A program made the position numbers and the translations under genes. From an uncultured Pseudomonadota bacterium (GTDB lineage: Bacteria > Oederibacteriota > Muellerivitia > Muellerivitales > Muellerivitaceae): a DNA stretch of 64,000 bases. The DNA lies in contig CAVYRH010000026.1 of the NCBI GenBank assembly GCA_963770835.1, positions 480,001 to 544,000 on the forward strand, written 5' to 3'. The notes below the pieces were generated by a model, which had not been told where the DNA came from, ran no database searches, and was given only the letters and a program-made list of their open reading frames with translations. Positions 10,761 through 19,539 of this stretch are shown one piece after another; positions within the stretch are counted from its first letter, which is position 1; every line of letters starts with the position of its first letter.

Positions 10761-10868
10761 TTTTCATCGCCAAGACGCTAAGTCCGCCAAGAAAGAAAAA
10801 ACATTCAGGGTTTAAATGTTTTTGGGTTTTGATTTCTTTTGTTGTTCTTGGCGTTTCGGCGGTTAAAT
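10761..10868. repeat. Palindromic element with 9-bp tandem units (CGCCAAG type)
   Basis: atcgccaagacgctaagtccgccaag ... cttggcgtttcggcggttaa. Confidence 0.7.
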
Positions 10869-10897
10869 TTTCGAGTTTTTCGGAGGTTACATCACAT

Positions 10898-11647
10898 ATG
10901 AAAGAAAGCGGTTTGAGCAAAGTTCCCGAAGTGACCTTCCTCTTTTGGGTCATCAAGATCGCGGCCACTACCCTGGGTGAAACAGGGGGGGACATGGTCA
11001 CCATGTCCATGAACCTGGGCTACCTGGTGGGAACCGCCATCTTCGCCGTTATTTTCCTGGCGGCGGTCGCCGTCCAGATCAAGGCCAAGGCTTTTCACCC
11101 CTATATTTACTGGTTCACCATCATCGCTACCACGACCGTCGGAACGACCTTGGCCGACTTCTCCGACAGGTCCCTCGGCATCGGCTATGCTGGCGGTTCG
11201 GCGCTTCTTTTTTGCCTGCTCATGGGTTCGCTTTTCACCTGGCATCGAACGCTCGGTACAGTGGCCGTGGATTCGGTCAAGGATCCGAAATCCGAGATGT
11301 TTTATTGGGTGACCATCATGTTCTCGCAGACCTTAGGAACCGCCTTGGGGGATTGGACGGCCGACAGCGAGGGGCTGGGTTACCTGGGGGGGGCCACCTT
11401 GTTCATTATCCTGTTGGCGGTGGTACTCGGCCTTTATTTTTGGACGAAGATATCCAGGACCCTGCTTTTCTGGTCCGCCTTCATCCTCACCCGGCCCCTG
11501 GGAGCGGTCCTGGGCGACTTTTTGGACAAGCCTCTCGATCACGGTGGCCTGAACTTGAGCCGTTACGCCGCCTCCGGGGCCCTCGCCCTTTTCATCCTAG
11601 CCTGCGTCTTTTTCTTCCCGCACCGGGCCGCCCGAAAAAGCCATTAA
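10898..11647 (+). CDS. COG4705/DUF347-type repeat membrane protein
   Basis: SKVPEVT..FWVIKIAATTLGETGGD, YW..I..SQTLGTALGD, FILTRPLGA motifs. Confidence 0.9.
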   Translation: MKESGLSKVPEVTFLFWVIKIAATTLGETGGDMVTMSMNLGYLVGTAIFAVIFLAAVAVQIKAKAFHPYIYWFTIIATTTVGTTLADFSDRSLGIGYAGGSALLFCLLMGSLFTWHRTLGTVAVDSVKDPKSEMFYWVTIMFSQTLGTALGDWTADSEGLGYLGGATLFIILLAVVLGLYFWTKISRTLLFWSAFILTRPLGAVLGDFLDKPLDHGGLNLSRYAASGALALFILACVFFFPHRAARKSH

Positions 11648-11708
11648 AGAGAAAGAGTAAGGAATAAATTTTCCCCTTTGACGGGGTTTTAACCGATTGG
11701 AGTCCGGA

Positions 11709-12068
11709 ATGAACCGTATGCGCCGCTTTCACCTGCTCTTGGGCTGTTTCTTTGCTCCGGCCCTACTTTTTTTCACCCTTTCCGGAGCTTTCCAAACACT
11801 CCGTTTGCATAAGGACGTGAAAAACGGCTATCAGGCTCCCGAAATACTGAAGGTCCTGGCGAAAATCCATAAGGATCAAAAATTGCCCGACGCGACCTCC
11901 CCAACCTGGCCCCTTCAAGGGTTTGTCCTCTTGATGTCCGCCGGGTTCATCTTCAGTACCGTTGTAGGGTTGGTGTTGGCTTTTAAATATTTTCGCCCCC
12001 TATGGGTCGTCTGGGCATTGCTGGCGGCGGGAGGGATCGTGCCGGTGGCTTTATTGATGGTTAGATAG
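11709..12068 (+). CDS. PepSY-associated TM-like small membrane protein
   Basis: RRFHLLLGCFFAPALLFFTLSG and a second His-bearing segment (KIHK), three TM segments. Confidence 0.6.
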   Translation: MNRMRRFHLLLGCFFAPALLFFTLSGAFQTLRLHKDVKNGYQAPEILKVLAKIHKDQKLPDATSPTWPLQGFVLLMSAGFIFSTVVGLVLAFKYFRPLWVVWALLAAGGIVPVALLMVR

Positions 12069-12165
12069 CCCGCACCCTTCGGGTGGAAATATGAGACGTC
12101 CCCATGTTCATTATGAATTTTGAAAAATGAAACATAGGGGTTTGCGGCCTGCTAAAGTAAATGTT

Positions 12166-13050
12166 ATGAACGGCGTCCTCAACATTAACAAACCACCCCA
12201 ATGGACTTCCCACGACGTGGTGGCCAAGGCCCGGGGTCTTCTCAAGGAAAGGCAAATCGGCCACCTGGGCACCCTGGACCCCCTGGCCACGGGCGTCCTT
12301 CCCCTGGCCGTGGGAGCCGCCACCCGCCTGATCGAGTTCGCATCCTATCCCAAGGAATACGTGGCGACCTGCCTCTTGGGAAAAACCACCGACAGCTGCG
12401 ATGTCACCGGAAAAGTCCTTTCGGAAAAGCCGGTTAACGGCCTATCCGAAGAAACAATCCGGGTCGAGGTTCTCCATCTCGCGCGCATTACCGAACAAAT
12501 CCCACCCATGGTTTCAGCATTGAAAAAGGACGGGCAAAAGCTTTATGAACTGGCCCGCAAGGGTGTGGAAGTGGAGCGCAAACCCAGGCCGATCCTAATC
12601 GAAAAGGTGGAAGTGATCGGCGTTGAACCGCCCCGCGTGGCTTTCCGTGTGAGCTGTTCAGCGGGTACCTACATTCGGGTACTTTGCCAAACGTTGGGGG
12701 AGAGGTTGGGGGTCGGCGGCTGTATGGAGGCCCTGGAGCGCACCCGGGTTGGCCCTTTTTCCATTGAGGATTCGCTGACCCTGGAGGAAGTGAAAAAAAG
12801 GGTGGAAGAGGGAAATCTTTCCGGTATGTTGCTTGCCGCAAGCCGGTTGGTGGACCACCTGCCCCCGATAAAGCTGGAAGGGAAAAGGTTGACGGATTTG
12901 TGCCTGGGCAAGGCGGTTGAAACGGAAAAAGGTCTCTCCGGCTTGTGCCGAGTTTTAAATGACCATGATTTCGTATCCGCCATTGGGGAAATCCAAGTGG
13001 ATGGACAGCTAAAACCAAAAAAAGTTTTTGGGTTGGAAGGTATTGCTTGA
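12166..13050 (+). CDS. truB: tRNA pseudouridine(55) synthase
   Basis: NKPPQWTSHDVV, GHLGTLDPLATGVL, CSAGTYIR motifs. Confidence 0.97.
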   Translation: MNGVLNINKPPQWTSHDVVAKARGLLKERQIGHLGTLDPLATGVLPLAVGAATRLIEFASYPKEYVATCLLGKTTDSCDVTGKVLSEKPVNGLSEETIRVEVLHLARITEQIPPMVSALKKDGQKLYELARKGVEVERKPRPILIEKVEVIGVEPPRVAFRVSCSAGTYIRVLCQTLGERLGVGGCMEALERTRVGPFSIEDSLTLEEVKKRVEEGNLSGMLLAASRLVDHLPPIKLEGKRLTDLCLGKAVETEKGLSGLCRVLNDHDFVSAIGEIQVDGQLKPKKVFGLEGIA

Positions 13051-13958
13051 AATCTAAAAAAACCATCGTCCTCACCATCGGCGTATTTGACGGCGTCCAC
13101 TTGGGGCACCAGGCCCTCCTGCGGCGGGCCGTTCTCCTGGCCAAAAAATTGAAAGCCCGGCCCGAAGCTCTTTCCTTCCACGACCACCCCATGCATGTGT
13201 TAAACAGGGGTCCCCGGATTCCTTTCCTCCTTCCCCGGCAAGAAACTTTTAGCCTCTTGAGGCAAAAGGGCGCCGAAAGAGTCCACATCCTTCGGTTTAC
13301 CAAGGCTTTTTCCCAAAAGAGCCCTGAACAATTCGTCCAATGGCTTTGTGGTTTGGGGAACCTTAAAGGAATCGTGGTGGGGGAAAACTTCCGCTTCGGA
13401 CTGGGAGCGAAAGGGGATGTGGCGTTGCTAAAAGCCCTGGGAAAGAAGCAGGAGTTTGAGGTCGCGGTGGTTTCGGCGGTCAAAGTGGGGACGAAGGTCG
13501 TTTCGTCGAGCCAAATCCGCCAATTGCTGGCCGAGGGCAAGACCGAGTTGGCCAACCGGATGCTGGGCCATCCCTATTCTATCGAGGGGGAGGTGGTCCA
13601 TGGGCGGCATGTGGGACACCAGATCGGCTTTCCCACCGCGAACCTCCATGCCGTGAAGCAATTCCTTCCCAAGGACGGCGTTTACGCCTGCGCGGTCAAA
13701 TTGGAAAAAAAGTTCTACCGGGCGGGAATGAACCTGGGGAAGAGACCGACCTTCCGGGAAGACGACCATCACCGCCAAGCCGAGGTCCATCTCCTTCACT
13801 ATTACGGCAAGCTGTATGGGAAAAACATGAAGGTTTACCTCCTGAAATACTTAAGACCGGAGAAAAAATTCTCCTCCACCCAAGCCTTGGTGAAGCAGAT
13901 TCAAAAGGATTTAATTCAGGTTCGCCGGACCGCCCTCCCCGGCCTTAAACAAAGGTGA
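13047..13958 (+). CDS. ribF: Bifunctional riboflavin kinase/FAD synthetase
   Basis: GVFDGVHLGHQ, VGENFRFG, GFPTAN, LRPEKKF motifs. Confidence 0.97.
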   Translation: MKSKKTIVLTIGVFDGVHLGHQALLRRAVLLAKKLKARPEALSFHDHPMHVLNRGPRIPFLLPRQETFSLLRQKGAERVHILRFTKAFSQKSPEQFVQWLCGLGNLKGIVVGENFRFGLGAKGDVALLKALGKKQEFEVAVVSAVKVGTKVVSSSQIRQLLAEGKTELANRMLGHPYSIEGEVVHGRHVGHQIGFPTANLHAVKQFLPKDGVYACAVKLEKKFYRAGMNLGKRPTFREDDHHRQAEVHLLHYYGKLYGKNMKVYLLKYLRPEKKFSSTQALVKQIQKDLIQVRRTALPGLKQR

Positions 13959-13986
13959 AATGAGGTTTTTCTCCAGGCTTATCTCC

Positions 13987-14015
13987 TTTACACCCCCCGG
14001 TAAAGTCCTTAAAAT
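13987..14015 (+). promoter_or_regulatory. sigma70-type promoter of rpsO
   Basis: TTTACA-N17-TAAAAT. Confidence 0.65.
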
Positions 14016-14142
14016 ACCCCTCCCCTGGAAGCTTCAGGGCGCAAGGCGTCGATCCTTCTTCTTGGCCTCCGTCCTCTCTGACGGTGAGCTCGGAAGAAGG
14101 GGAAGCACACCATTTCTTTTTTTGAAATTGGAACCAGGAAAT

Positions 14143-14197
14143 GGGTGCAATCCCACCTTCTTTAATTCCGCTCTTCAAGCGGATAATTGGGATGCCC
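14143..14197 (+). promoter_or_regulatory. Candidate S15 autoregulatory leader hairpin
   Basis: gggtgcaatccc...aattccgct-cttca-agcggataatt-gggatgccc just upstream of the rpsO RBS. Confidence 0.5.
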
Positions 14198-14227
14198 GGC
14201 AAAAAATTTCACTTGAGGAGTTCAAGG

Positions 14228-14494
14228 ATGATCACGAAGGAAAAGAAGACCCAGCTGATCCAGGACTTTAAGCAGAAAGAGGGAGACACGGGGTCTCCTG
14301 AAGTCCAAATTGCCATCGTCACCGAGCGCATCAAATACCTCACGGACCATTTCAAGACGCATCCCAAGGATCACGCCTCCCGGCGCGGCCTTTTGAAATT
14401 GGTCGGGCAAAGGCGCCGGCTTCTCGATTATTTAAAAAAGAACGACGTCAAGCGTTACGCGTCGCTCTTGGACCGCCTGGGCCTTCGCAAGTAA
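14228..14494 (+). CDS. rpsO: 30S ribosomal protein S15
   Basis: [32 protein letters not shown]. Confidence 0.98.
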   Translation: MITKEKKTQLIQDFKQKEGDTGSPEVQIAIVTERIKYLTDHFKTHPKDHASRRGLLKLVGQRRRLLDYLKKNDVKRYASLLDRLGLRK

Positions 14495-14516
14495 AGCGGA
14501 AGGCTTTTGAACCGAG

Positions 14517-14612
14517 TTAACCACGGAGGCACGGAGCCACAGAGAAAAGCAATAGTCCGGGACGTTTCCGCCTATTGCTTGTTTTTGTGCCTTTGTGTCT
14601 TTGGGGTGAATT
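14517..14612. repeat. Palindromic element with 9-bp-like tandem units (CACGGAG type)
   Basis: ttaaccacggaggcacggagccacagag ... tttgtgcctttgtgtctttggggtgaa. Confidence 0.65.
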
Positions 14613-14674
14613 TTGACGAGCTGTTTTTTAGCTGGGCTGATTAGCTTTACCCAAAACACAGAGGAGGATTTTTC

Positions 14675-16783
14675 ATGGAACGTGTTAGCTGCGCTTTCGC
14701 GCATTCGACTTTTTCGATCGAGACGGGCCGCATGGCCAAACAGGCCGACGGGGCGGTGTTGGTGCAGTTCGGCGAGACGGTGGTTTTGGCCGCCGTCGTA
14801 GGAGCCAAGGAACCCATGCCGGGCAAGGATTTCTTCCCCTTGACCGTGGAATACCGCGAGAGGTCGTCCTCCGCGGGCCGCATCCCGGGAGGCTGGTTCA
14901 AACGCGAGGGCCGTCCCCGTACCAAGGAAACCCTGACTTCCCGCCTTATCGACCGGCCCATCCGGCCCCTTTTCCCCGACGGTTTTTTCAACGAAGTCCA
15001 GCTCCACGCCACGGTCATTTCCTCCGATCAAGAGAATGATTCAGACGTTTTGGCCGTTTGCGCGGCCTCCGCGGCCCTGGCTGTCTCCGACATCCCGGTG
15101 GCCGACATGTTCGGCTGCGTGCGCGTTGGACGGATTAACGGCGATTTGGTCGTGAACCCCACCTTCAAGCAGATGGAAACCAGCACCCTGGACCTGATCG
15201 TGGCGGCCAGCCGCAAGGCGGTGGTGATGGTTGAGGGCGGAGCGAAGGAAGAATCCGAAACCGTCATTTTCGAGGCCATCAAGCTGGCCCACAAGGAATG
15301 CCAGAAGATCATCGACCTTCAGGAACAACTGGTGAACAAGGCCGGCAAGGCCAAGCGGACCTTGACCCTCGTCAAGGTTGACGAAGCCCTGGACAAGGAT
15401 GTCCGCACCTTCGCCCTTCCAAAGATGAAGGAAGCCATGGCCGAGAAGGATAAGCTCAAGCGCCAGGACAAGATCGCCGCCGTCGGTAAGGAAGCGGTGG
15501 AAGCCCTGAAAGCCAAGTATCCGGAGAAAGAAAAGGACATCCACGGAATCATGCATTCCATCGAGTCCGACCTGGTCCGGGAAGCCATCCTGGATCGCCA
15601 TGAGCGCCAGGACGGCCGCAAAATGGACGAGTTCCGCCCCATCACCTGCGAGGCGGGCGTGTTGCCCCGCACCCACGGGTCGGCCCTCTTTACCCGCGGC
15701 CAAACGCAGGCCCTGGTGGTCTCCACCTTGGGAACCAAGGACGACCAGCAGATTTTGGAAGAGCTGGAAGGCGAACAGAAAAAGACCTTCATGCTCCATT
15801 ACAACTTCCCACCCTATTCGGTGGGCGAGATCAAACGCCTCTCCGGTCCCGGCCGCCGGGAAATCGGACATGGGTCCCTGGCCGAACGGGCATTGGAGCC
15901 TTTGATCCCAAAACACGATGAATTTCCTTATACCATCCAGGTGACCTCGGACATTCTTGAATCCAATGGTTCGTCCTCCATGGCTTCGGTTTGCGGCGGG
16001 TCCCTATCCCTGATGGACGCGGGAGTTCCTTTGAAGAGCCCCTGCGCGGGAGTGGCTTTGGGCCTGGTTTCCAACGCCGACGTCTCCAAGTACGCCATCC
16101 TGACCGACATCCAAGGTTTGGAAGACCACTTCGGTGACATGGATTTCAAAGTGGCCGGCACCCGCAAGGGCATCACGGCCATCCAGATGGACATCAAGAT
16201 TTTTGGGCTTCCTTTCGAAGTGGTGGAGAAGGGATTGGCACAAGCCAAGCAAGGCCGGTTGACCATCTTGGATATCATGGATAAGACGCTTTCCTCGCCC
16301 AGGGAAAAAATGTCGGTTTACGCCCCCCGCATCGTTACGATCAAGGTGCCGGTGGATAAGATCCGTGAAATCATCGGCAAGGGTGGAGCTACTATCAAGA
16401 AAATCCAGGAAGACTTCCAAGTGGAAGTCAACGTGGAGGATGACGGAACCGTGAATATCGCCTCACCCAACGGGGCCAGCATCGACAAGGCCAAGGCTTT
16501 CATCGACGGCCTGATGGCCGAAGCCGAAGAGGGAAAGATTTATTTCGGCACGGTGAAAAAGCTCATGGATTTCGGCGCGTTCGTGGAAATCCTTCCGGGA
16601 ACCGACGGCTTGGTACATATTTCCCAACTCGACAAAGGTCGTGTGGAACGGGTCGAGGACGTCTTGAAGGAAGGCGACGAGCTTTTGGTCAAGTGTATCG
16701 GGATTGATCCCAAGACCAAAAAGATCAAGCTTTCCCGCAAGGAAGCCCTGGGGTTGAACATCAAGGATTATAAGAAGTTATAA
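14675..16783 (+). CDS. pnp: Polyribonucleotide nucleotidyltransferase (PNPase)
   Basis: DFFPLTVEY, RLIDRPIRPLF, FTRGQTQ, ESNGSSSMA, GDMDFKVAG, KH and S1 domains. Confidence 0.99.
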   Translation: MERVSCAFAHSTFSIETGRMAKQADGAVLVQFGETVVLAAVVGAKEPMPGKDFFPLTVEYRERSSSAGRIPGGWFKREGRPRTKETLTSRLIDRPIRPLFPDGFFNEVQLHATVISSDQENDSDVLAVCAASAALAVSDIPVADMFGCVRVGRINGDLVVNPTFKQMETSTLDLIVAASRKAVVMVEGGAKEESETVIFEAIKLAHKECQKIIDLQEQLVNKAGKAKRTLTLVKVDEALDKDVRTFALPKMKEAMAEKDKLKRQDKIAAVGKEAVEALKAKYPEKEKDIHGIMHSIESDLVREAILDRHERQDGRKMDEFRPITCEAGVLPRTHGSALFTRGQTQALVVSTLGTKDDQQILEELEGEQKKTFMLHYNFPPYSVGEIKRLSGPGRREIGHGSLAERALEPLIPKHDEFPYTIQVTSDILESNGSSSMASVCGGSLSLMDAGVPLKSPCAGVALGLVSNADVSKYAILTDIQGLEDHFGDMDFKVAGTRKGITAIQMDIKIFGLPFEVVEKGLAQAKQGRLTILDIMDKTLSSPREKMSVYAPRIVTIKVPVDKIREIIGKGGATIKKIQEDFQVEVNVEDDGTVNIASPNGASIDKAKAFIDGLMAEAEEGKIYFGTVKKLMDFGAFVEILPGTDGLVHISQLDKGRVERVEDVLKEGDELLVKCIGIDPKTKKIKLSRKEALGLNIKDYKKL

Positions 16784-16804
16784 AAAAAGAAGTTTCTGTT
16801 GTTT

Positions 16805-16838
16805 AAGGCCCTGGTTCAAAAGAACCAGGGCCTTTTTT
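16805..16838 (+). terminator. Rho-independent terminator of pnp
   Basis: aaggccctggttc-aaaa-gaaccagggcctttttt. Confidence 0.9.
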
Positions 16839-16919
16839 ATACCTAAAGGTGTAAAATTTCCTTACGCCCTCTATCGCAAGATTCGTTAAAAGTCCAAGTT
16901 TTCGGGGAGACCCCGTTTC

Positions 16920-17345
16920 ATGAAAGATCCGCCTGTCCAGAAGACCATGTTGAAAAACGTCGATTGGGGCGGCCTGACGATCGTCAATCTTTTAGGCGTG
17001 ATCGCCTTTCCCCCTTATTTCATTTATTTGATGACCTTGGCCGCCTTGACGGCTTCCGGGTTCCTTTGGACAACCCATTTATCCGAAGCCGAGCAGCAGC
17101 GCCTGATGGAATTCGAGAAGGAATTCCGCAAAGGCTATAAGTTGGAAAAAGCCGGGAAGACCAAGGAAGCCCTGGATTGGTACCGAAAGCTACAGCAAAG
17201 CTACGCCAAAAACCCGCATGCCCATCACTTGGTCACCTTCCAAATCAAGCAACTGACTTCCGGCAAGACCCCCGAACCGCCCTCCGCGAAAAAGCCTTCT
17301 TCCAAGAAAATCCGGCGGTCCAAAACCAAGCCGGGGGAGGCCTAA
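16920..17345 (+). CDS. Hypothetical membrane protein with TPR-like helix pair
   Basis: N-terminal hydrophobic segments, then GYKLEKAGKTKEALDWYRKL; ends 3 nt before the activator gene. Confidence 0.6.
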   Translation: MKDPPVQKTMLKNVDWGGLTIVNLLGVIAFPPYFIYLMTLAALTASGFLWTTHLSEAEQQRLMEFEKEFRKGYKLEKAGKTKEALDWYRKLQQSYAKNPHAHHLVTFQIKQLTSGKTPEPPSAKKPSSKKIRRSKTKPGEA

Positions 17346-17348
17346 GCC

Positions 17349-19238
17349 GTGGCCGCTTTTACCTGCCGCGAATGCGGCAACATCTTGGAATCCGAGTTCC
17401 GGTTTTGCCCTATTTGCGGGGCCGGCCATGAGCCGTTGGAAAAGGCCACCGAGGAGGGGATAGCCGCCTTCGAGGAGGGCGAATATGAAAAGGCCCTCCA
17501 GCTTTTCAAATCTGTGGCCCAGAAACAGCCTTTCAGCGCCTTCGCCCTGCGGGACGTGGGCCATGCCGCCTTCCATCTCCAGGATTTCAACACCGCGCTG
17601 GAGTATTACGACAAGGCGCTGAAAATCCACCCGAACCTCCTGGACGTCCATTTCAACATAGGCCTTATCCACATGAATCGAGGCCATGTGACCGACGCCA
17701 TGTTTTCGTTCCTGGAGACGCTGCACCTGAACCATCCCCTGACGCCGGGCAGTTACTACCTGGGGCTTTTCCATACCCAGGAAACCCTGGTCTTCCAATG
17801 CCGGCTGAACCTCGGTGTGCTTTTCCGCCAGAGGGGGGAATTGGAAAAAGCCCTGGAACAATACCAATTGGTCCTGGCCGCGAGCCCCAAGAACGTTTTG
17901 GCCATGGCGAGCCTGGGGGACTGCCTCATGGCCCTGGAACGTTTCGACGAAGCCATCAAGATTTACAAAAGGGCCCTGAAGGTCCTGCCGGAGGGGGAAG
18001 AAAAGCTGAACATCCAGAACGACCTGGGCATCTGCTATTTCAAGAAAGGGGAATTGGAAAAGGCCATCGCGGAATTCAAGGCGGTCCTTAAAAAAAACCC
18101 CGACCACGTGAACGCCATCTACAACCTGGGTCAGGTTTACTACCACGAGGGACTGACGGGGCGAATGAAGGAGGATTACGAGGAATTTGTGAAGTCCTCC
18201 AAGAACGCGGCCTCCATTCTTTTCGCCCTTTCCAAATCCATGGTGTCCGTGGCGGCCGCCGGCAAGAACCGTCCCACCGGGGAAAATTCCTTGATCGGCG
18301 ACAGCGCCCCCATGCGGCACATCCAGGACCTCATCAAGCGGGCGGCGGCCAGCGACGCCACTGTCCTCATTTTGGGCGAAAACGGCACAGGGAAGGAATT
18401 GGCGGCCCGTTCCGTCCACCAACAATCGAGCCGTCACGACAAGCCCTTCGTGGCCCTGGCCTGTTCGGCCTTGAGCGAATCCCTTTTGGAAAGCGAGCTT
18501 TTCGGCCATGAGAAAGGGTCTTTTACTGGCGCCATCGGCCAAAAGATGGGGAAGTTCGAGGTTGCCAACCAGGGCACGGTTTTCCTGGACGAGATTGGGG
18601 AAATTTCCCTTTCCACGCAGGTCAAACTCCTGCGGGTCCTCCAGGAAAGAGAATTCGAGCGAGTCGGCGGCACCCAGACGGTAAAGGTGGATATCCGGGT
18701 CATTGCGGCCACGAACCGGGATTTAAAGCGGGCCATCCAGGAAGGAAAGTTCCGGGAGGACCTTTTTTACCGCCTGAACGTGATCGTCATCGAAATGCCG
18801 CCGCTCCGGGAGCGGGAGGGCGACTTTCTCCTCTTGATCCGCTATTTCCTGGACCGCCTGAAGGCCAACCGGCCAACGCGGTTCGAGAGTGTTTCGAGGG
18901 AAGCCCTGGGGCTCATGCAGCGCTACCGTTGGCCGGGCAATGTGCGGGAGCTGGAAAACGTCATTGAGAGGATAGTCACTTTGAACGACGACGTGGTCAT
19001 CAAGCCTGAGCATCTGCCCCAAGAAATGACAGGTTCTCCGGCCACGGTTATACCCATCGAGAGCGCCTTTTTACTTCCTAAAGCTGGTGTTTTAGAATCG
19101 GTGGAAAAAGACATGATCTTGAGAGTCTTAAAGGAATCCCATTTCAACAAGAAGCAGGCGGCCAACCGATTGGGGATCAGCCGCCCCACGCTTTATCAAA
19201 AAATAAAGAAATATGGGATAGGCGCAGGTAGTAGCTAA
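17349..19238 (+). CDS. sigma54-dependent enhancer-binding protein with N-terminal zinc ribbon and TPR repeats
   Basis: CRECG..CPICG; about six TPRs; Walker [24 protein letters not shown], Walker [28 protein letters not shown]; Fis-type [22 protein letters not shown]. Confidence 0.95.
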   Translation: MAAFTCRECGNILESEFRFCPICGAGHEPLEKATEEGIAAFEEGEYEKALQLFKSVAQKQPFSAFALRDVGHAAFHLQDFNTALEYYDKALKIHPNLLDVHFNIGLIHMNRGHVTDAMFSFLETLHLNHPLTPGSYYLGLFHTQETLVFQCRLNLGVLFRQRGELEKALEQYQLVLAASPKNVLAMASLGDCLMALERFDEAIKIYKRALKVLPEGEEKLNIQNDLGICYFKKGELEKAIAEFKAVLKKNPDHVNAIYNLGQVYYHEGLTGRMKEDYEEFVKSSKNAASILFALSKSMVSVAAAGKNRPTGENSLIGDSAPMRHIQDLIKRAAASDATVLILGENGTGKELAARSVHQQSSRHDKPFVALACSALSESLLESELFGHEKGSFTGAIGQKMGKFEVANQGTVFLDEIGEISLSTQVKLLRVLQEREFERVGGTQTVKVDIRVIAATNRDLKRAIQEGKFREDLFYRLNVIVIEMPPLREREGDFLLLIRYFLDRLKANRPTRFESVSREALGLMQRYRWPGNVRELENVIERIVTLNDDVVIKPEHLPQEMTGSPATVIPIESAFLLPKAGVLESVEKDMILRVLKESHFNKKQAANRLGISRPTLYQKIKKYGIGAGSS

Positions 19239-19240
19239 AG

Positions 19241-19286
19241 TGTAAAATTATTATACAACTTTAATAAAATGTAATTTAATTTTACA
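19241..19286. promoter_or_regulatory. Tandem enhancer-like sites (TGT-N11-ACA x2)
   Basis: TGTAAAATTATTATACA (19241-19257) and TGTAATTTAATTTTACA (19270-19286), centred about -138 and -109 from the predicted +1. Confidence 0.7.
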
Positions 19287-19360
19287 TATGGAGTAAACCT
19301 AAGGATTTGGAATACGTTGAAAATGTGGCCTTTTTCCTCTTTTGTGGATCTTCAACGGCC

Positions 19361-19376
19361 TGGCACAGACATTGCT
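19361..19376 (+). promoter_or_regulatory. sigma54 -24/-12 promoter
   Basis: TGGCACAGACATTGCT = TGGCAC-N5-TTGCW consensus. Confidence 0.9.
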
Positions 19377-19386
19377 CTTTATGACA

Positions 19387-19476
19387 TTGAAGCTGGCTGG
19401 CGACAACTAGCGAGCTTCTAAACAAATCAAAACTCACCTCCTAAAGCCTCGGTCCGACCCACCGGGGCTTTTTTTT
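19387..19476 (+). ncRNA. Candidate sigma54-dependent sRNA with anti-Shine-Dalgarno seed
   Basis: No start codon after the predicted +1 gives a plausible ORF; 5' hairpin gaagct-g-gctgg-cgacaa-ctagc-g-agcttc, A/C-rich linker ending in TCACCTCCT, intrinsic terminator. Confidence 0.75.
19443..19476 (+). terminator. Rho-independent terminator of the candidate sRNA
   Basis: aaagcctcggt-ccgaccc-accggggctttttttt. Confidence 0.85.
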
Positions 19477-19539
19477 GCCTTTTTTAAGGGTTCCCAGGGC
19501 CTTTTGGGGCTTTTTCCCTTTGTGTTATAGTGCCTACCG

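Noticed and set aside
19381..19442. Small peptides instead of an sRNA (ATG 19381 MTLKLAGDN on +; AGGAGG then TTG, 7 codons, on -)
   Set aside because: The + ATG lies upstream of the predicted sigma54 +1; the - ORF has 7 codons, and the promoter and U-tract both point to a + strand RNA
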